A stretch of 64,000 nt of DNA from Lama glama (Eukaryota): NCBI GenBank assembly GCA_028534125.1, contig CM052816.1:80106001-80170000 (forward strand), written 5' to 3'. Within the stretch, counting starts at the first letter, position 1; each line of letters starts with the position of its first letter. Positions 24,011 to 35,938 of the stretch are shown here, one piece after another. The translations under genes were made by a program, and so were the position numbers. Below the pieces are notes generated by a model. The model saw only the letters and a list, made by a program, of their open reading frames with translations, was not told where the DNA came from and did not search any database.

Positions 24011-25928
24011 TAGCAGTTCTTAAGTTATCATCTACAGACCCTTGTAGGGGGTCTCTGGGATGCTTTCAGGAAGTTTGCAAGCTCAAACCATCTTCATAAA
24101 AATACTATGATGGTATTTGCATTTTTTTACCGAATGGTGCAAAAGCAATTGTGGACTAAATTATTGGCACCACAACATGAATTAAAGTGCTGACTTTATG
24201 CCTTAACAGAGTATGGTATTAAGACTATTTTTTTTATCACCACATACCATTTTTTTTTCAAAAAGAGTCAAGTTCATATAAGAACATTGTTTTAATATCC
24301 TGTGCGATGTTAACCTAAGGACGCTGGAAACCTAAGAACACTGCGGTCATAAGGAAAAGCGCTTGTGCAGTTGACTGACTTACAAGCTGACCTAATTGCA
24401 TTTTTCACGGAGCACCGTTTTTATTTGACAGAATAACTGACAGACTATGGCTCTTCAGATGAGAGTGTTTGGCAGACATTTTTTCAAAAAAGGATACAGT
24501 GAGTCTGTCAGTTCAAGGAAAACAACTGATAGTATGTGTTGCTCATGATAAAATTTGAGCTTCTAAGGGAAAAAAAAATTATTCTTGGAAAATTTGTGTT
24601 CTCACTACAAACTTGAGAGCTTCCCAATACTTAAAGACTTTTCTGATGAGCTGAGTGGTGATAGGAGCAAATGTGATTTTAAAAAAACTTTATAATAAAA
24701 TATGTCAACATTAGGAAACTCTATAACTCAGTGAACCGATAGCTTCCAAATGACCGATGTATGATGTTTCAAAATCCTGCCTAAGGAAATGCGCCATCCC
24801 AAGTGCACGATAAACAAATAAATTTTTATGTAACAGATATAAAAATTTATCAATATCATTTCAAGTCCCACATGACAACTAGTCTTTAATAAACTCCCGC
24901 TTGTCAAGATTTGGGTAGGAACAAAGAAGAACATCCCCAATTATTTGAAAAGTCTATTAAAATACTCCTCCTTTTTCCAGTTACACATCTGGATGAGGCT
25001 GGATTTTCTTCATATATTTCAACCAAAACCATATTTTACAAAGATTGAATGCAGAAGCAGTTATGAAGAACCCAGATGTCCTTGATTAAGCCAGACTTTC
25101 AAGACATTTGCAAAAATTCAAAACAAGGCCAATCTTGTCACTAAATTTTCCTTTGGTTTGAAAAGTATAGTTACTTTTTCATAAACACATGTTATTTATG
25201 ATGATGTGTAATGGCATTATTATTTTTTAAATGAATATATAAACAAGTATTTTTTAAATTTCACAGTTTTAATTTCTACTCTAGCAAATTTTTTAAACTG
25301 AAGGATAGTTGATTTACAACGTGTTAATTTCTAGTGTACAGCATAGTGATTAAGTTATACATACATATTCTTTTTCATATTATTTTTCATTATAGGTTAT
25401 TACAAGCTTTTGAATATAGTTTCCTGTGCCATACAGTAGGACCTTGTTGTTTATCTTTTTTGTATACAGTAGTTTGTATCTGCCAATCCCAAAGTCCTAA
25501 TTTATCCCTCCCCTCTCTCTTCCCCTTTGGTAACCATAAGTTTGTTTTCTATGTCTGTGAGTCTGTTTCTGTTTTATAAATAAGTTCATTTGTGTTCTTA
25601 TTTTAGATTCCACGTATAAGTGTTATCAAATGATACTTGATGTTCTCTGTCTGATTTATTTCACTTAGTATGAAAATCTCTAGGTCTCTCCCGGTTGTTG
25701 CAAATGGCATTATTTCATTCTTTTTTATGACTGGGTAGCATTGCATTGTGTGTATGTATGTGTGTACATATCACATCTTCTTTATCCAATCTTCTGTTAA
25801 TGAACACTTAGGTCGTACTCTAGCAAATATTGATACCTATAATCCACACAAACAAAAGCTCTTTGAGAGCCTCAATAATTTTTTAAGAGTGTAATGAGGT
25901 CACAAAGCCAAAGGTTTGAGAACTGCCG
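24011..25928. mobile_element. Charlie1-family hAT DNA transposon (non-autonomous)
   Basis: Terminal inverted repeats (t)agcagttct... / ...gagaactgccg; interior 'tcaaggaaaacaactga...tgataaaatttgagctt'; degenerate 8-bp TSD tcctagag/tgctaagg. Confidence 0.85.
25290..25815 (-). mobile_element. L1 3' end inserted in Charlie1
   Basis: Perfect 13-bp TSD tactctagcaaat at 25277-25289 and 25816-25828. Confidence 0.9.
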
Positions 25929-26600
25929 TGCTAAGGCATTTGGTTGAGCCCAGGATAGGGTGGCAGTGGGAGCAACATACGGCTGGTTGATGGATGAGGG
26001 GTTCTCTTCCATCTTCTCTCACACCTTATCTTTTAGAGAATATAATAAAGCATTAGTCACTAGACTTAGAAAGATTTTTTAAACATCTTTTATAAAGAAA
26101 AAATACTTTAGACACAGAGTACAAACTGCATGTGGAATATGACCATAATGGCACAATGATGTATGGATGGATGGGGAAGGACAGGAAAAGGACTTTGGAA
26201 AATGGAAACTGTAATGTTAGGTTGGTGGGATGGAGTTTGATGGATTTTCTTTGGTGTTTTTATAATAATATTTTAACAATTAAAAAAATCAAATGAAAAA
26301 CACTCATACACAACAACAGCAACATTTTTTTGGGAGATTCAAAAGTAGGAATTCTTTAGGTTTTCCCCCAGTTGGTAGTAAACCAAAGTGTCTGTTAAGT
26401 TGATGGGACCAGGAAAGTCCCCATGTTGTTTTGCAAGAGAGGAAGTTTCAGCTTGCGCCATCTCAAATGTGATGGCAGTGAGGACTGTGTTTCTCTCCCA
26501 CATCTCCTGAAGGACGGGTAGGGGCTGCACAGAGGGCACTTGAGGCTCAGGGTTGAGCTAAGTGTCTGAAAATCGCTACTAGGCAGGAAGCAGTTAGCAC

Positions 26601-26636
26601 CTGGCTTTGTTTACAGTGCCCTGACCAGCTGTTCCC
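26601..26636 (-). pseudogene. 36-nt phase-1 leader mini-exon (unit D)
   Basis: cccttccccgccccag|GG GAA CAG CTG GTC AGG GCA CTG TAA ACA AAG CCA G|gtgcta; contains an in-frame stop. Confidence 0.5.
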
Positions 26637-26959
26637 CTGGGGCGGGGAAGGGATCTGGACCACGTCCACCGATGGCGGTGAGTGAAGTTAGAGCTGTGAG
26701 TGAAATCTCAGGTGCCGCCGGCTTCTGTACACACAGCGTAAAGAACAGGATGGGCAGGGAACACCGCAGGCCACTGTGCAAATTGGTTGGTGGTAATATC
26801 ACCCGGGGATGTGGTGCTGAGATAGCAAATACCTTTTCCCAAGCTGATAGGGACACCTGAGTCATGGAGTGGCAGTGTCCTCTCCGGGTCTTCCTTAGTA
26901 GAAGAGGTGGCCTATGATGTTTGCTTATGAAAATGACCTGTTTTTCCCTTGAGTTCAAC

Positions 26960-27225
26960 TATTGCATTCATTCATTCAACAAACTGAGTGCTTACTATCT
27001 GTTCTAGGGTCTAGGAATATAGGACTGAACAAAACCGGCAGTAATCTCGCCCTCCCAGAATTTCCACTCTAGAGAGACAGAAAATCACTGAAATAATTAT
27101 TGGATGGTGATATTGCCCTGGAGAAATATAAACAGGAGTCTGAGGGTGTGAGTTATGAGAGTGGGTGTAAGGGTCTTAGGGAAGCCTTAACGTGAGGTGA
27201 AATTTGAGCAAAGACTTATTCCAGA
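26960..27225 (-). mobile_element. L2 3' fragment
   Basis: 'cattcattcattcaacaaactgagtgcttactat...atttgagcaaagactt'. Confidence 0.75.
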
Positions 27226-28427
27226 TGATTGTTGAAATTTTAAAAAAGTATATCCAGGTATAAATTTGAGGAAAAAACTACAACAGAAAGCACCTATTCT
27301 CCCATTTTAATATTAATATTTTGTTGGTATCCTTTTACACTACTATCCACGCATGTATGGACATACACCATTTTTTCAAATATAGATGTGTGCTTGCATG
27401 CACGTGCATGGAAGTCTTATTTTCTCACTTTGCAGTGCATCCCGAATGGCTTTCTATGTTTGTCCCTAAGTGTGCACCATCTCTTTAGTGGGCTGCAGAA
27501 GATGGGGAAGGGTCAAGTATAACAGGGACCTGGGGGTCTTGCCCCAGATCTGCCACTTAAGTAAGCTCTCTGTGCTTCAATTTCTTCATTCTAAGATAAG
27601 GACGTAAGATTTAACTCATAGGGTCATTTAATGAAATAACTCCTATGAAACGAGATATATAAAGCAGACTGTTTCAGTAACTTAGACAAGAGAAAGGATG
27701 GCTTGAAGAGGAAGATGGTGATGAAGGTCATTAGAAGGGATCCGATTCAGGATCTCTTTTGAAAATAGGGCTGATGGTGTTTAACTCCTTTGAGCAAAAG
27801 GATTCCTGGATTAGGGGATAGTGGTGGTGTTCCTTGGATGGGGAGAGTCAGGAGAACCCATTCCAGGGTAGGTGGGTGGGTGGATGATTCTCATTGGGCC
27901 ATATTAACTCTACTATCATTTCCCTTCATCCTTATTACATCACTTTAGTTTATTTAGGACTTGTCCTCTCAAAACCAGGCTGTGGCAATATCGTATCCTC
28001 CACAGACCTCCTGATTCCTTTCCCTCCCTTCGAGCAACTGGCTTTCTCGCTAACTCTCTCCTGTGCCTTTCCCCCTTTCTTCCTTAACCCTCCCATCCAC
28101 CACCCCAACCTCTGTTTCCCTAAGTCTGGCTCACCTTTCAAGGTCAAATCCAAGTACCACCTTCTTCCTCATAAAACACTTGCCCTCCTGAATTTCGATA
28201 CAAATTAGGTGCATCTCTCATTTGGTTTTTAGTATGTTATTCACCTTTTCTGTTACAAATGTGTTCATTTTCCTTCACTGTTCCCTGAACCCTTCCTGAC
28301 AGGACCCTCAAGATGGGGACAGCATCGGGCACTGCAGGTTGCGGTCTGGGGACTTTGGTGCAGTAGGGTGGGGGTGAGAAGGGGCTCTGAGAGGACAAGA
28401 GAGACACAGAGGAAAACCGCACACACC

Positions 28428-28560
28428 TTACGGGGGCTTGGGGCTGGCCCCACACAGCACCTGATTTATGCCCAGCTCCACTGAGACTGCCACTCCCACT
28501 TCCAAAGGATGATATCGTCAAGGCTTTTTACTGCTGGTGAATAATTTGAGACCATTTTCT
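28428..28560 (-). pseudogene. TM plus short-tail exon (unit C)
   Basis: KSLDDII[-1]LEVGVAVSVELGINQVLCGASPKPP*; single-base reversions give II(R)L(G)VGVAV(L)V(V)LGI(I)(L)VL. Confidence 0.5.
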
Positions 28561-29199
28561 CTGGACAATGATCTCAAATTAATGGATAAACTATCCAGAG
28601 TCAGGATGGCTGAACAGCAGTCGTTGGGATAATCGGCCACTTGTCCTCATTTCCTACCTTCCTTATCCTGTGCTCAGTCAAGTTCAGTGGCTACACAGAG
28701 GCTGACCCCTCCTCCCTAGAGCTCATTTTAGGCCATCCCACTGTGTTTATAAAGGGCTTGAGCTGTTTTGTTTAATTGGTCTTGGTCTCCTGCCCCTGCC
28801 TATTGGCAAATTTACCTAACTAAAGGTTTCCTCCTCTTGGGCCTCTCCAGGGCCTGAAATTACTTTATTTGTTCAAACTACGTATTGAGATTCTGCATGC
28901 CAGCATTAAAGGTGACCCCCGTCTTGGCTCAAATCTATTTACCGTATTAGTCAAATAGGCAAAATCAGGTCTTGGGGCCACCCCCTCCCTCTTCTCTCCC
29001 TCCTCTGAATGTTGGGTTTACAGGTATATCCTGGAGAAGGTGGGGAAGGGGGCCCTGCAGAGGTGTGGACTGACTGCCAGGGCCCTCTGGAGTTTAGGCC
29101 CTGGGTGGGGAGTCTCAGGGAGGGAGGCCCCAGAGCAGGCCGGGGCAGCAGGGAGACCCTAGGCTTCTCGGGCAGAGGACCAACTTTCACAACAGTCCC

Positions 29200-29655
29200 A
29201 GTGGTAGCCTGAATAATGGCCCCCAAAGACAGCCACGTTTAAATCCTTGCAACTAGTGAATGTTACCTTATATGGCAAAAGGGACTTTGCAGAGGTGATT
29301 CAATTAAGAATCTTGAGATGGAGAAATTGTCCAGGTGACCCCTAAATGTAATCACAAGCGTCCTTATACGAGGGAGGTAGAGAGGAATTTACTACAGAAA
29401 CGAGGGAGACATTGTGACCACAGGTCCGAGGCAGGAATGAGGAGGCCAGTTGATGAACCAAGCTGGCCGGCTTCACGAGAAGGTGGAAGAGGTAATGACT
29501 GGATTCCCTTCTGGAGCCTACAGACACCTTGATTTTAGCCCAGGAAGACTGAGTTCAGACTTTGGTATACAGAACTAGAAGAGGGTACATCTGTGTTGTT
29601 TTAAGCATCCCAGTTTGTGGGAAAGTGGTGACAACAGTCATAGGAAATGAATACA
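29200..29655 (+). mobile_element. MaLR solo LTR (MLT1D-like)
   Basis: 'gtggtagcctgaataatggccccc...aggaaatgaataca'; TSD gtccc/gtgcc. Confidence 0.85.
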
Positions 29656-29696
29656 GTGCCCCAGCCCGCCCTAATTCTGGTCCTCTAAGGAGGCTC

Positions 29697-30008
29697 CTGT
29701 TACATGGTACCACTCCTGAGATGTGGTAACAGGGTGTAACAGGTATTCAGGACGCGGCCTGGGTAGTACGGGGGCTCAGAGTGGACACCGACCGAACAAA
29801 GACCTTTGATCTAGGACAGATTTGCTCTCCCAGAGGACGCCCAGCCAGTTCCAAACGGAACCTGGGGGTGAGCCTGGTTCCTGGTGAGCCTGGGTACCCC
29901 GGGGGGACTCTGGCTTGTAGCCGTACATCTGAGGTGGCCACTTTCTCCCCTGAGCTCCCTCTTTGTCCTCTGAGGACATCAGAAGGAACTTCTTAGGAAG
30001 CAGACCAG
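29697..30008 (-). pseudogene. Membrane-proximal Ig-like exon (unit C)
   Basis: ccag|(x)GLLPKKFLLMSSEDKEGAQGRK[fs]LRCTA...[fs]RFRLELAGRPLGEQ...CYHISGVV[fs]HVT(G)|gagc; donor GT lost. Confidence 0.55.
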
Positions 30009-30013
30009 CTGGC

Positions 30014-30165
30014 CAGAAACAGATGCAGAATGTGTGAGGTCTAGCACAAAATGAAAAGGCCGAGGCCCTTCTTCAAAACTTAAAGAATTTCAAGACGGTG
30101 ATCACCAGGCATAAACCCAGTGTGGTGCCTCTGAGGGCGGGACCCTGTGCAACCCACAAAGGGGG
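30014..30165 (-). mobile_element. MER45A fragment
   Basis: 'cacaaaatgaaaaggccgaggcccttcttcaaaacttaaagaatttcaagacgg'; starts a few bp upstream of the unit C Ig acceptor. Confidence 0.75.
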
Positions 30166-31534
30166 CCTCCTTCCTTTGGCCTCTGTTCCTGTCTTAGGTG
30201 GACTTCCATCTCCAACACCATTTTTCTTTCTACAGTCCATGGTACTTTTTTAGAAAAGTCATTTCTTTTTGGCTCTTTTCCCCTTTCATGAGGAGGCTCT
30301 GATCTCCAAGTTGCCAGGCCAAAAACCAGGCCTGCTTGAAGAGTGAGGTGAAACCCTTTCAGCATCCAGCTGATAACTCCCACGTTTTCAAAACAAACAA
30401 GGACAGCTATAAAGATAATTTATGGGCCCATTAAAAATCCCCAACCACAGCATCAGCCACGGGACAGAGAGCATCATTTGAGGGAAACTCTGTAATGCTT
30501 TCCTGCAGCTCCCCAGTGGCCCGGGGCCTGAGGCTGGGCTGAGATGCTTTGCAGAGTGAGCAGGGAATGGTGATGCCCAGAGGCTGTGATGGAGAAAGGG
30601 GACCCCAGAGGGTGTCCAGGCAGCCAGAGGGTATACCTCTTTAGTGGCTGGTCCAGAGCCTGCCTCCTGTCTCTTTCTCCTCCAATTTTATGCTGCCCAA
30701 GGGTAGACGGAAAGAAAGGGGAAGCAGGTCCTGTCCTGAGACTCTGCCCTTCACGAGGACTTTCCTGATCAACCTGAATTTTCTCTAGCAGTTCTTGCAT
30801 GTCCTGGTACCTGAGTCCCCAAACTCTATTACATCACACTTGGCTTTAGATGAGTTGTTCTATATCCCTGATTCTGGCATCCAAAGCCGACTGTGAATGT
30901 CTGATTGGCTGTTAGCTGAGTTTTGAGTTCTTTTTTAGGTAAAATCCACAAGCAGTAGAGACGAGATTCAAAAGCTGCTAACCAGTTGGCTGATCAATGG
31001 CCCCATGGGACCACTGCTGAGAAGGAACAGCCTAATTGGCTACTTTTACTTTTAGCTGTGACGGGAGGTGACCTGCAGTGATCCAGAGACTGTGCCTTGC
31101 TAGCTTCCCCTGAGAGACTCAATGATCCCTAGGATGTCAGAGCTGAGAGGGCTTCACTTTCCTGATAAGGAAAGTGTTCTAGGTGGTGGCAAGGACTTTT
31201 CCAGCCTGGGGAGGTTGTTCCCCATGCTGGCCTCTCCTCTCGCCCTTATCCCTTTGTGGGGCTATGCTGTCGGCAGCCAGAGCCCACGCTTACCTGGCCC
31301 AGCTGGGACCACCTCCCCTAGGGAAGCCCAGCTTCCATTAGGGCAGACGGGCACCAGTCTTCTCTGAGTAACAGGCTGTCCCTATTCGGAGTATTTGAGC
31401 TACATGAGAGGCCAGGAATTCTGGGAGAGGCAGGGAAGGAGCAATGACATGCAGGACGAGCTCAGGGACAGCATCTCGTGGAGGTATCACTCTCCCCCAC
31501 CCTACCCAAGGCTGCCTGCCAAGAATACGCTCCC

Positions 31535-31834
31535 CTGTGACATATAAGGTCACCCAGTGTGAGATTTCATGGATTGCAGATCCATTTGTGCAAACTCGGA
31601 TTCTCTTTCGAAAGTACAAGTCCTCAGGGAGGGTGTAAAGTTCTCCATCAGTCATAGGTTGAAGGCAAGGGGGCTGATCGCATTTGGCCCAGCTGGGATG
31701 AGCTGCACCTGGAGGAGGGGCACTCTGTCGGGGGAAGGGAGCAAACAGGAAGGTGGGACTCTTTTATGGGGTAGGACCCCCTGTGGATGGGTGTCTTATT
31801 GAAGGTCTTAGGATAGCATGGGATGCTGGATACC
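31535..31834 (-). pseudogene. Ig-like exon, 300 nt, phase 1-1 (unit C)
   Basis: ttcag|(G)YPASHAILRPSIRHPSTG[+1]VLPHKRVPPSC...VQLIPAG...[-1]...HEISHWVTLYVT(G)|gggagc; donor GT changed to GG. Confidence 0.6.
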
Positions 31835-32149
31835 CTGAAGCTCAGAGGTTGGTGATAAATGATGTTAGAAATAAAAATATTCATCTGCCTCAAAAGTCTA
31901 TCTTGGAGTCACTATTTAACTGCTTTGACTGCAGTTTCTTGTCCCTTCCATTCAGCTTGCACATTCTTGCCAATTTTCCTCTCCTAAATGGTACTTCATG
32001 TCGCTCCCCTGCTGAAGGATACACAATGGCTCCTTTTTACCTGTTGGACCAAGTTCATAGTCCTGATTAGCTTCTAAAAATTATCTGACTCCAATTTACC
32101 TTCATTTTGGACTCTATGGGTAGAATTTCAAAGTCAAGGTAAATTTCAC

Positions 32150-32185
32150 CTAATGATTTCTTTCCACTTTATAAGGATGGCAACC
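32150..32185 (-). pseudogene. 36-nt phase-1 leader mini-exon (unit C)
   Basis: cccctcctcag|GG TTG CCA TCC TTA TAA AGT GGA AAG AAA TCA TTA G|gtgaaa; canonical sites, in-frame stop. Confidence 0.55.
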
Positions 32186-32324
32186 CTGAGGAGGGGATCA
32201 TATTCCTAAGACACGTGTCTTTGTGTGCTTTAAAACTGTTATAGGTGAATCACTCAAAAATTGTGGAGAACGCTAGTTTTCAAAATGAATTCACCAAACA
32301 CGAAGGTCTTTTTCAAAATATAAT

Positions 32325-32617
32325 AAAGACACAGTCAACAAACAAAAACAAAGCATAAATACAGGACAGAAATAGACTCACAGACAGAGAATACAGACTT
32401 GTGGTTGCCAGGGGGGTGGAGGGTGGGAAGGGATAGACTGGGATTTCAAAATTGTAGAATAGATAAACAAGATTACACTGTATAGCACAGGGAAATACAC
32501 ACAAAATGTTATGATAAATCACAGAGAAAAAAATGTGACAATGAGTGTGTATATGTCCATGAATGACTGAAAAATTGTGCTGAACACTGGAATTTGACAC
32601 AACATTGTAAAATGATT
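32325..32617 (+). mobile_element. Young L1 3' end running into the gap
   Basis: 'acagacttgtggttgccagggggg...ctgtatagcacaggg...gacacaacattgtaaaatga'. Confidence 0.85.
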
Positions 32618-33117
32618 NNNNNNNNNNNNNNNNNNNNNNNNNNNNNNNNNNNNNNNNNNNNNNNNNNNNNNNNNNNNNNNNNNNNNNNNNNNNNNNNNNN
32701 NNNNNNNNNNNNNNNNNNNNNNNNNNNNNNNNNNNNNNNNNNNNNNNNNNNNNNNNNNNNNNNNNNNNNNNNNNNNNNNNNNNNNNNNNNNNNNNNNNNN
32801 NNNNNNNNNNNNNNNNNNNNNNNNNNNNNNNNNNNNNNNNNNNNNNNNNNNNNNNNNNNNNNNNNNNNNNNNNNNNNNNNNNNNNNNNNNNNNNNNNNNN
32901 NNNNNNNNNNNNNNNNNNNNNNNNNNNNNNNNNNNNNNNNNNNNNNNNNNNNNNNNNNNNNNNNNNNNNNNNNNNNNNNNNNNNNNNNNNNNNNNNNNNN
33001 NNNNNNNNNNNNNNNNNNNNNNNNNNNNNNNNNNNNNNNNNNNNNNNNNNNNNNNNNNNNNNNNNNNNNNNNNNNNNNNNNNNNNNNNNNNNNNNNNNNN
33101 NNNNNNNNNNNNNNNNN
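32618..33117. other. Assembly gap (500 N)
   Basis: Run of N. Confidence 1.
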
Positions 33118-33254
33118 AAAGTCCTCAAGTCAACAACTATTGCTCCAACGTTGCCAAGGCAATTGGCTTCTGCTGACAACACTGGTGACAGCGAAGGGGA
33201 AGAAGAGAGGAAGCACGCTACCTCCATTTGGGAAAACTCCAGGACCTATCGAGT

Positions 33255-33875
33255 TGGATGAATTCCTTATATATTTTAGATATGAACCCCATATTGGATA
33301 TGTGGCTTGCAAATATTTTCTCCCATTCTGTAGGTTGGCTTTCCATTTTGTTGGTTATTTCCTTTGCTGTGCAGAAGATTTTTAGTTTGACAGAGTCCCA
33401 CTTGTTGACTTTTGCTTTTGCTGCTTGTGCTGTAAGTGTCATATCTGAAAAATCATTACCAAGACTTATGCTAAGGAGCTTTCCCCCTGTTTTCTTCTAG
33501 GAGTTTTATGGTTTCAGGTCTTACATATAAGTCTTTAAATCATTTCAAGTTAATTTTTGTGAGTGATAAAAGCTAGGGATCCAGTTCCGTTGTTTTGCAT
33601 GTGGATATCCAATTTTACCAGCATCATTTATTGAAGGGACTATCTTTATAAAGTATTCTTGGCTCTGTTGTCAAACATTAATTGACTATACATGCCAGGG
33701 TTTCTTTCTGGGCTCTCAATTCTGTTCTAGTGGTCTATTTGCCTGTTTTTATGCCAGTACCAAACTGTTTTGATTACTATAGCTTTGTAATAGAGCTTGA
33801 AATCAGGAAGTGTTATGCCTTCAGCTTTGTTCTTTTTCAGGACTGCTTGGTCTATCGTGGTACTATACAAATTTT
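33255..33875 (-). mobile_element. L1 ORF2 fragment
   Basis: Translates to KAKVNKWDSVKLKIFCTAKEITNKMESQPTEWEKIFASHIS, an L1 ORF2 signature. Confidence 0.9.
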
Positions 33876-35470
33876 ATGATCAGTAAACCACGACCTGCAA
33901 TAAAATCTAACATTTGATTGACCATAAATAAAGCACTGTTGTAAGCCTATATATAGCACCTTTAATTTTTAAATTTAATATCAAAGAGGTAGATATTATT
34001 CTTTCTATTTTATAGATAAAGAAAAATTCACGTAAGTTGCCAGAGTGAAGGAGCTGGGGCTTGAACCTATGTGGTCGAGGTTAGTGTATTATGGACAGAT
34101 TCTTACATTTATTCAACAACCTTCCTTTCTTCAAAGACCAGTGTCCTTTGTACTTTCAGTAGCTTGTTTATAGATCATCAATGACTGGAAAGCATGAATA
34201 TAAAAGAGCTTAAAGTTAAATTTTGAAGGATTGGTCCTCAAATCTGGAGGAAGAGTTTCTTAGGAAGATAATCTGATGTTCAAAATCACTTGCATCTAAC
34301 TTTTCAAGCAAAGCTCCATGATGTAAAGGCAGGTATAGTGATTAGCACCCCTCTCCCCGTGGCCAGGATGCACTTCGTATTAAATGGTTTAGCCGTGACA
34401 GCACTTTTTATTCCATAACAAGATGAGCAGCCAAGTTCAGTTGGAAACCTATTTTTAAAGTTTTCTCAGCCACTCCCAAGCCCCTTTTAAAATCTCAGGA
34501 TGAAGACAAACCAAGGCACGACCTTGTCTTTGTCAGATTAGTCATCATCGTCATTATCAGGAGATGCAGCGTTCCTGGAGCCGGTGACGTCTCCTCCTTT
34601 AAGGCAGCTGTCTGGTTAATCAGCCAAGGGCGTGTCCAGCTGAGTAATTTGTTGCATCGGACAAAGAGCACTGGCTTTGAGACCGCGATCTGCTGGGTGC
34701 CCTTGGAGAAATCGCTTATGAACCTGTTTGACTCTCATTTTTCTCCGCTTGTAAAATGAGACCAGCACCCCCTGAGGTCGTTGTGAGGATTGCTTGAGAT
34801 GATCGTGGAGAAGCATTCGTCTCTGAGTGAGTGTTTTATATTGTTTGAGTATCCCCGTGAGGCCTGAAAATCATTGCTCCTTGTAGAAAGAGCTTCTCCA
34901 ATTCTGTCCCCAGAGGGGACACAGGCTGCCAAGACACAGGCTGTCCTCCTTCTCAGTTACCAGCAGAGCCACCCGCCCTTAGGCATTAGCATATACAAGT
35001 TCATATCATTTGCCTTGTTAAAGTCTTCACTATTAAATGGCCAGGACCTTTGGGGCAGAAGTTTTGCTTAAGTCATTTTTGATCCCTAATACCTCCAATG
35101 GCTCCTGCAAGCAAAAAACACTCAGAAAATATAGGCAGCTGGTAACATTTATTGAGCACAAACCACGTGCCAGGAACTGTTCCAAGTATTCCACCCGGAT
35201 TAATGCACATGATCTTCATGACAAGCTTTTGAAGTAAGGACTGTTATTTTCCCTGTTTTATAGGTGAGGAGACAGAAGCAAAGAAAGAGAAGAAACTCAC
35301 ACATGGTCAAGGCAGGGTTGCCATGCGCACACAGACACTGACCGAGCCTGGACTCTAAACCACTCTGCTGTGTCGCTTTTTTAGTGCATCTTCAGGATGG
35401 GCACCAGCTGGTGGGAAAGGAGAGAGGGCTCCTGCAGTCTGCCAGCCGTGCCCACACCCTCTTTCTCTTC

Positions 35471-35938
35471 TGTACTGGGTTGAATAATGTCTCCCTCCAT
35501 CAAATTCCCGTCCACCCAGAACCTCAGAATGGAAATGGGTCTGTTTGGAAATACGATCTTTGCAGATGTAGTAATTAGTTAAGATGAGGTCATACTAGTT
35601 TAGGGTGGGCCTTAAATTCAATATGATTTGTGTTCTTATAAGAAGAGGGCAATTTGGACACAGACACATATGCAGGAGGAAGGCACGTGAAGACAGGGGC
35701 AGAGACGGGAGTGTTGCCTCAACAAGCCCGGGAAAGCCAAGGACTGCCAGCCAACCAACCGCAGGGAGCCAGGAGAGAGGCCTGGACCAGATTTTCCCTT
35801 GGAGCCCGCAGAAGGACTCAACCTAGCTGACATCTTGATTTCACACTTTTGGCCTCTGGAACTGGAAAAATAAATTCCTCTTGTTTGAAGTGACCCAATC
35901 TGTGACACTTTGTTATAGCCACACTAGGAAACCAACAT
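35471..35938 (+). mobile_element. MaLR solo LTR (MLT1C-like)
   Basis: 'tgtactgggttgaataatgtctccc...cagaacctcagaat...tttgttatagccacactaggaaacc'. Confidence 0.85.

Larger units (their letters stand above)
19830..26865 (-). pseudogene. Decayed LRC-type activating Ig receptor unit D (leader 1, 36-nt leader 2, up to 4 Ig exons, TM exon)
   Basis: Leader 1 26865-26833 (ATG ACT...|gtattt); leader 2 26636-26601 exactly 36 nt. Ig 26524-~26030 (GEKHSPHCHH...KEFLLLNLPKK[+1]...VYECF); Ig 25982-~23760 (TLSWAQPNAL, split by Charlie1); Ig 21068-20725 (GLSTPSI...LGANI...FDGGYM); Ig 20324-~20050 (LPGKR...FQGQYFCS). TM-like 19942-~19830 after a strong acceptor (SHTAQDVQMGN, cf. QDYTxxN). Confidence 0.5.
28428..33227 (-). 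pseudogene. Decayed LRC-type activating Ig receptor unit C (leaders, 2 Ig exons, TM exon)
   Basis: Possible leader 1 33227-33192; leader 2 32185-32150 (36 nt); Ig 31834-31535 (300 nt); Ig 30008-29697 (312 nt); TM exon 28560-28428 ending in TAA. Order, strand and phase all fit. Confidence 0.6.

Noticed and set aside
28951..29226. J-segment-like GTVVKVGPLPEKPRVSLLP
   Set aside because: Spans the MLT1D junction, has an upstream stop after excision and no matching splice structure.
30474..30800. 108-aa minus-strand ORF as a third Ig exon of unit C
   Set aside because: No cysteines, no Ig exon-end motif and no suitable splice sites.
32313..33385. 304-aa and 263-aa ORFs
   Set aside because: Artefacts of reading through the N gap.
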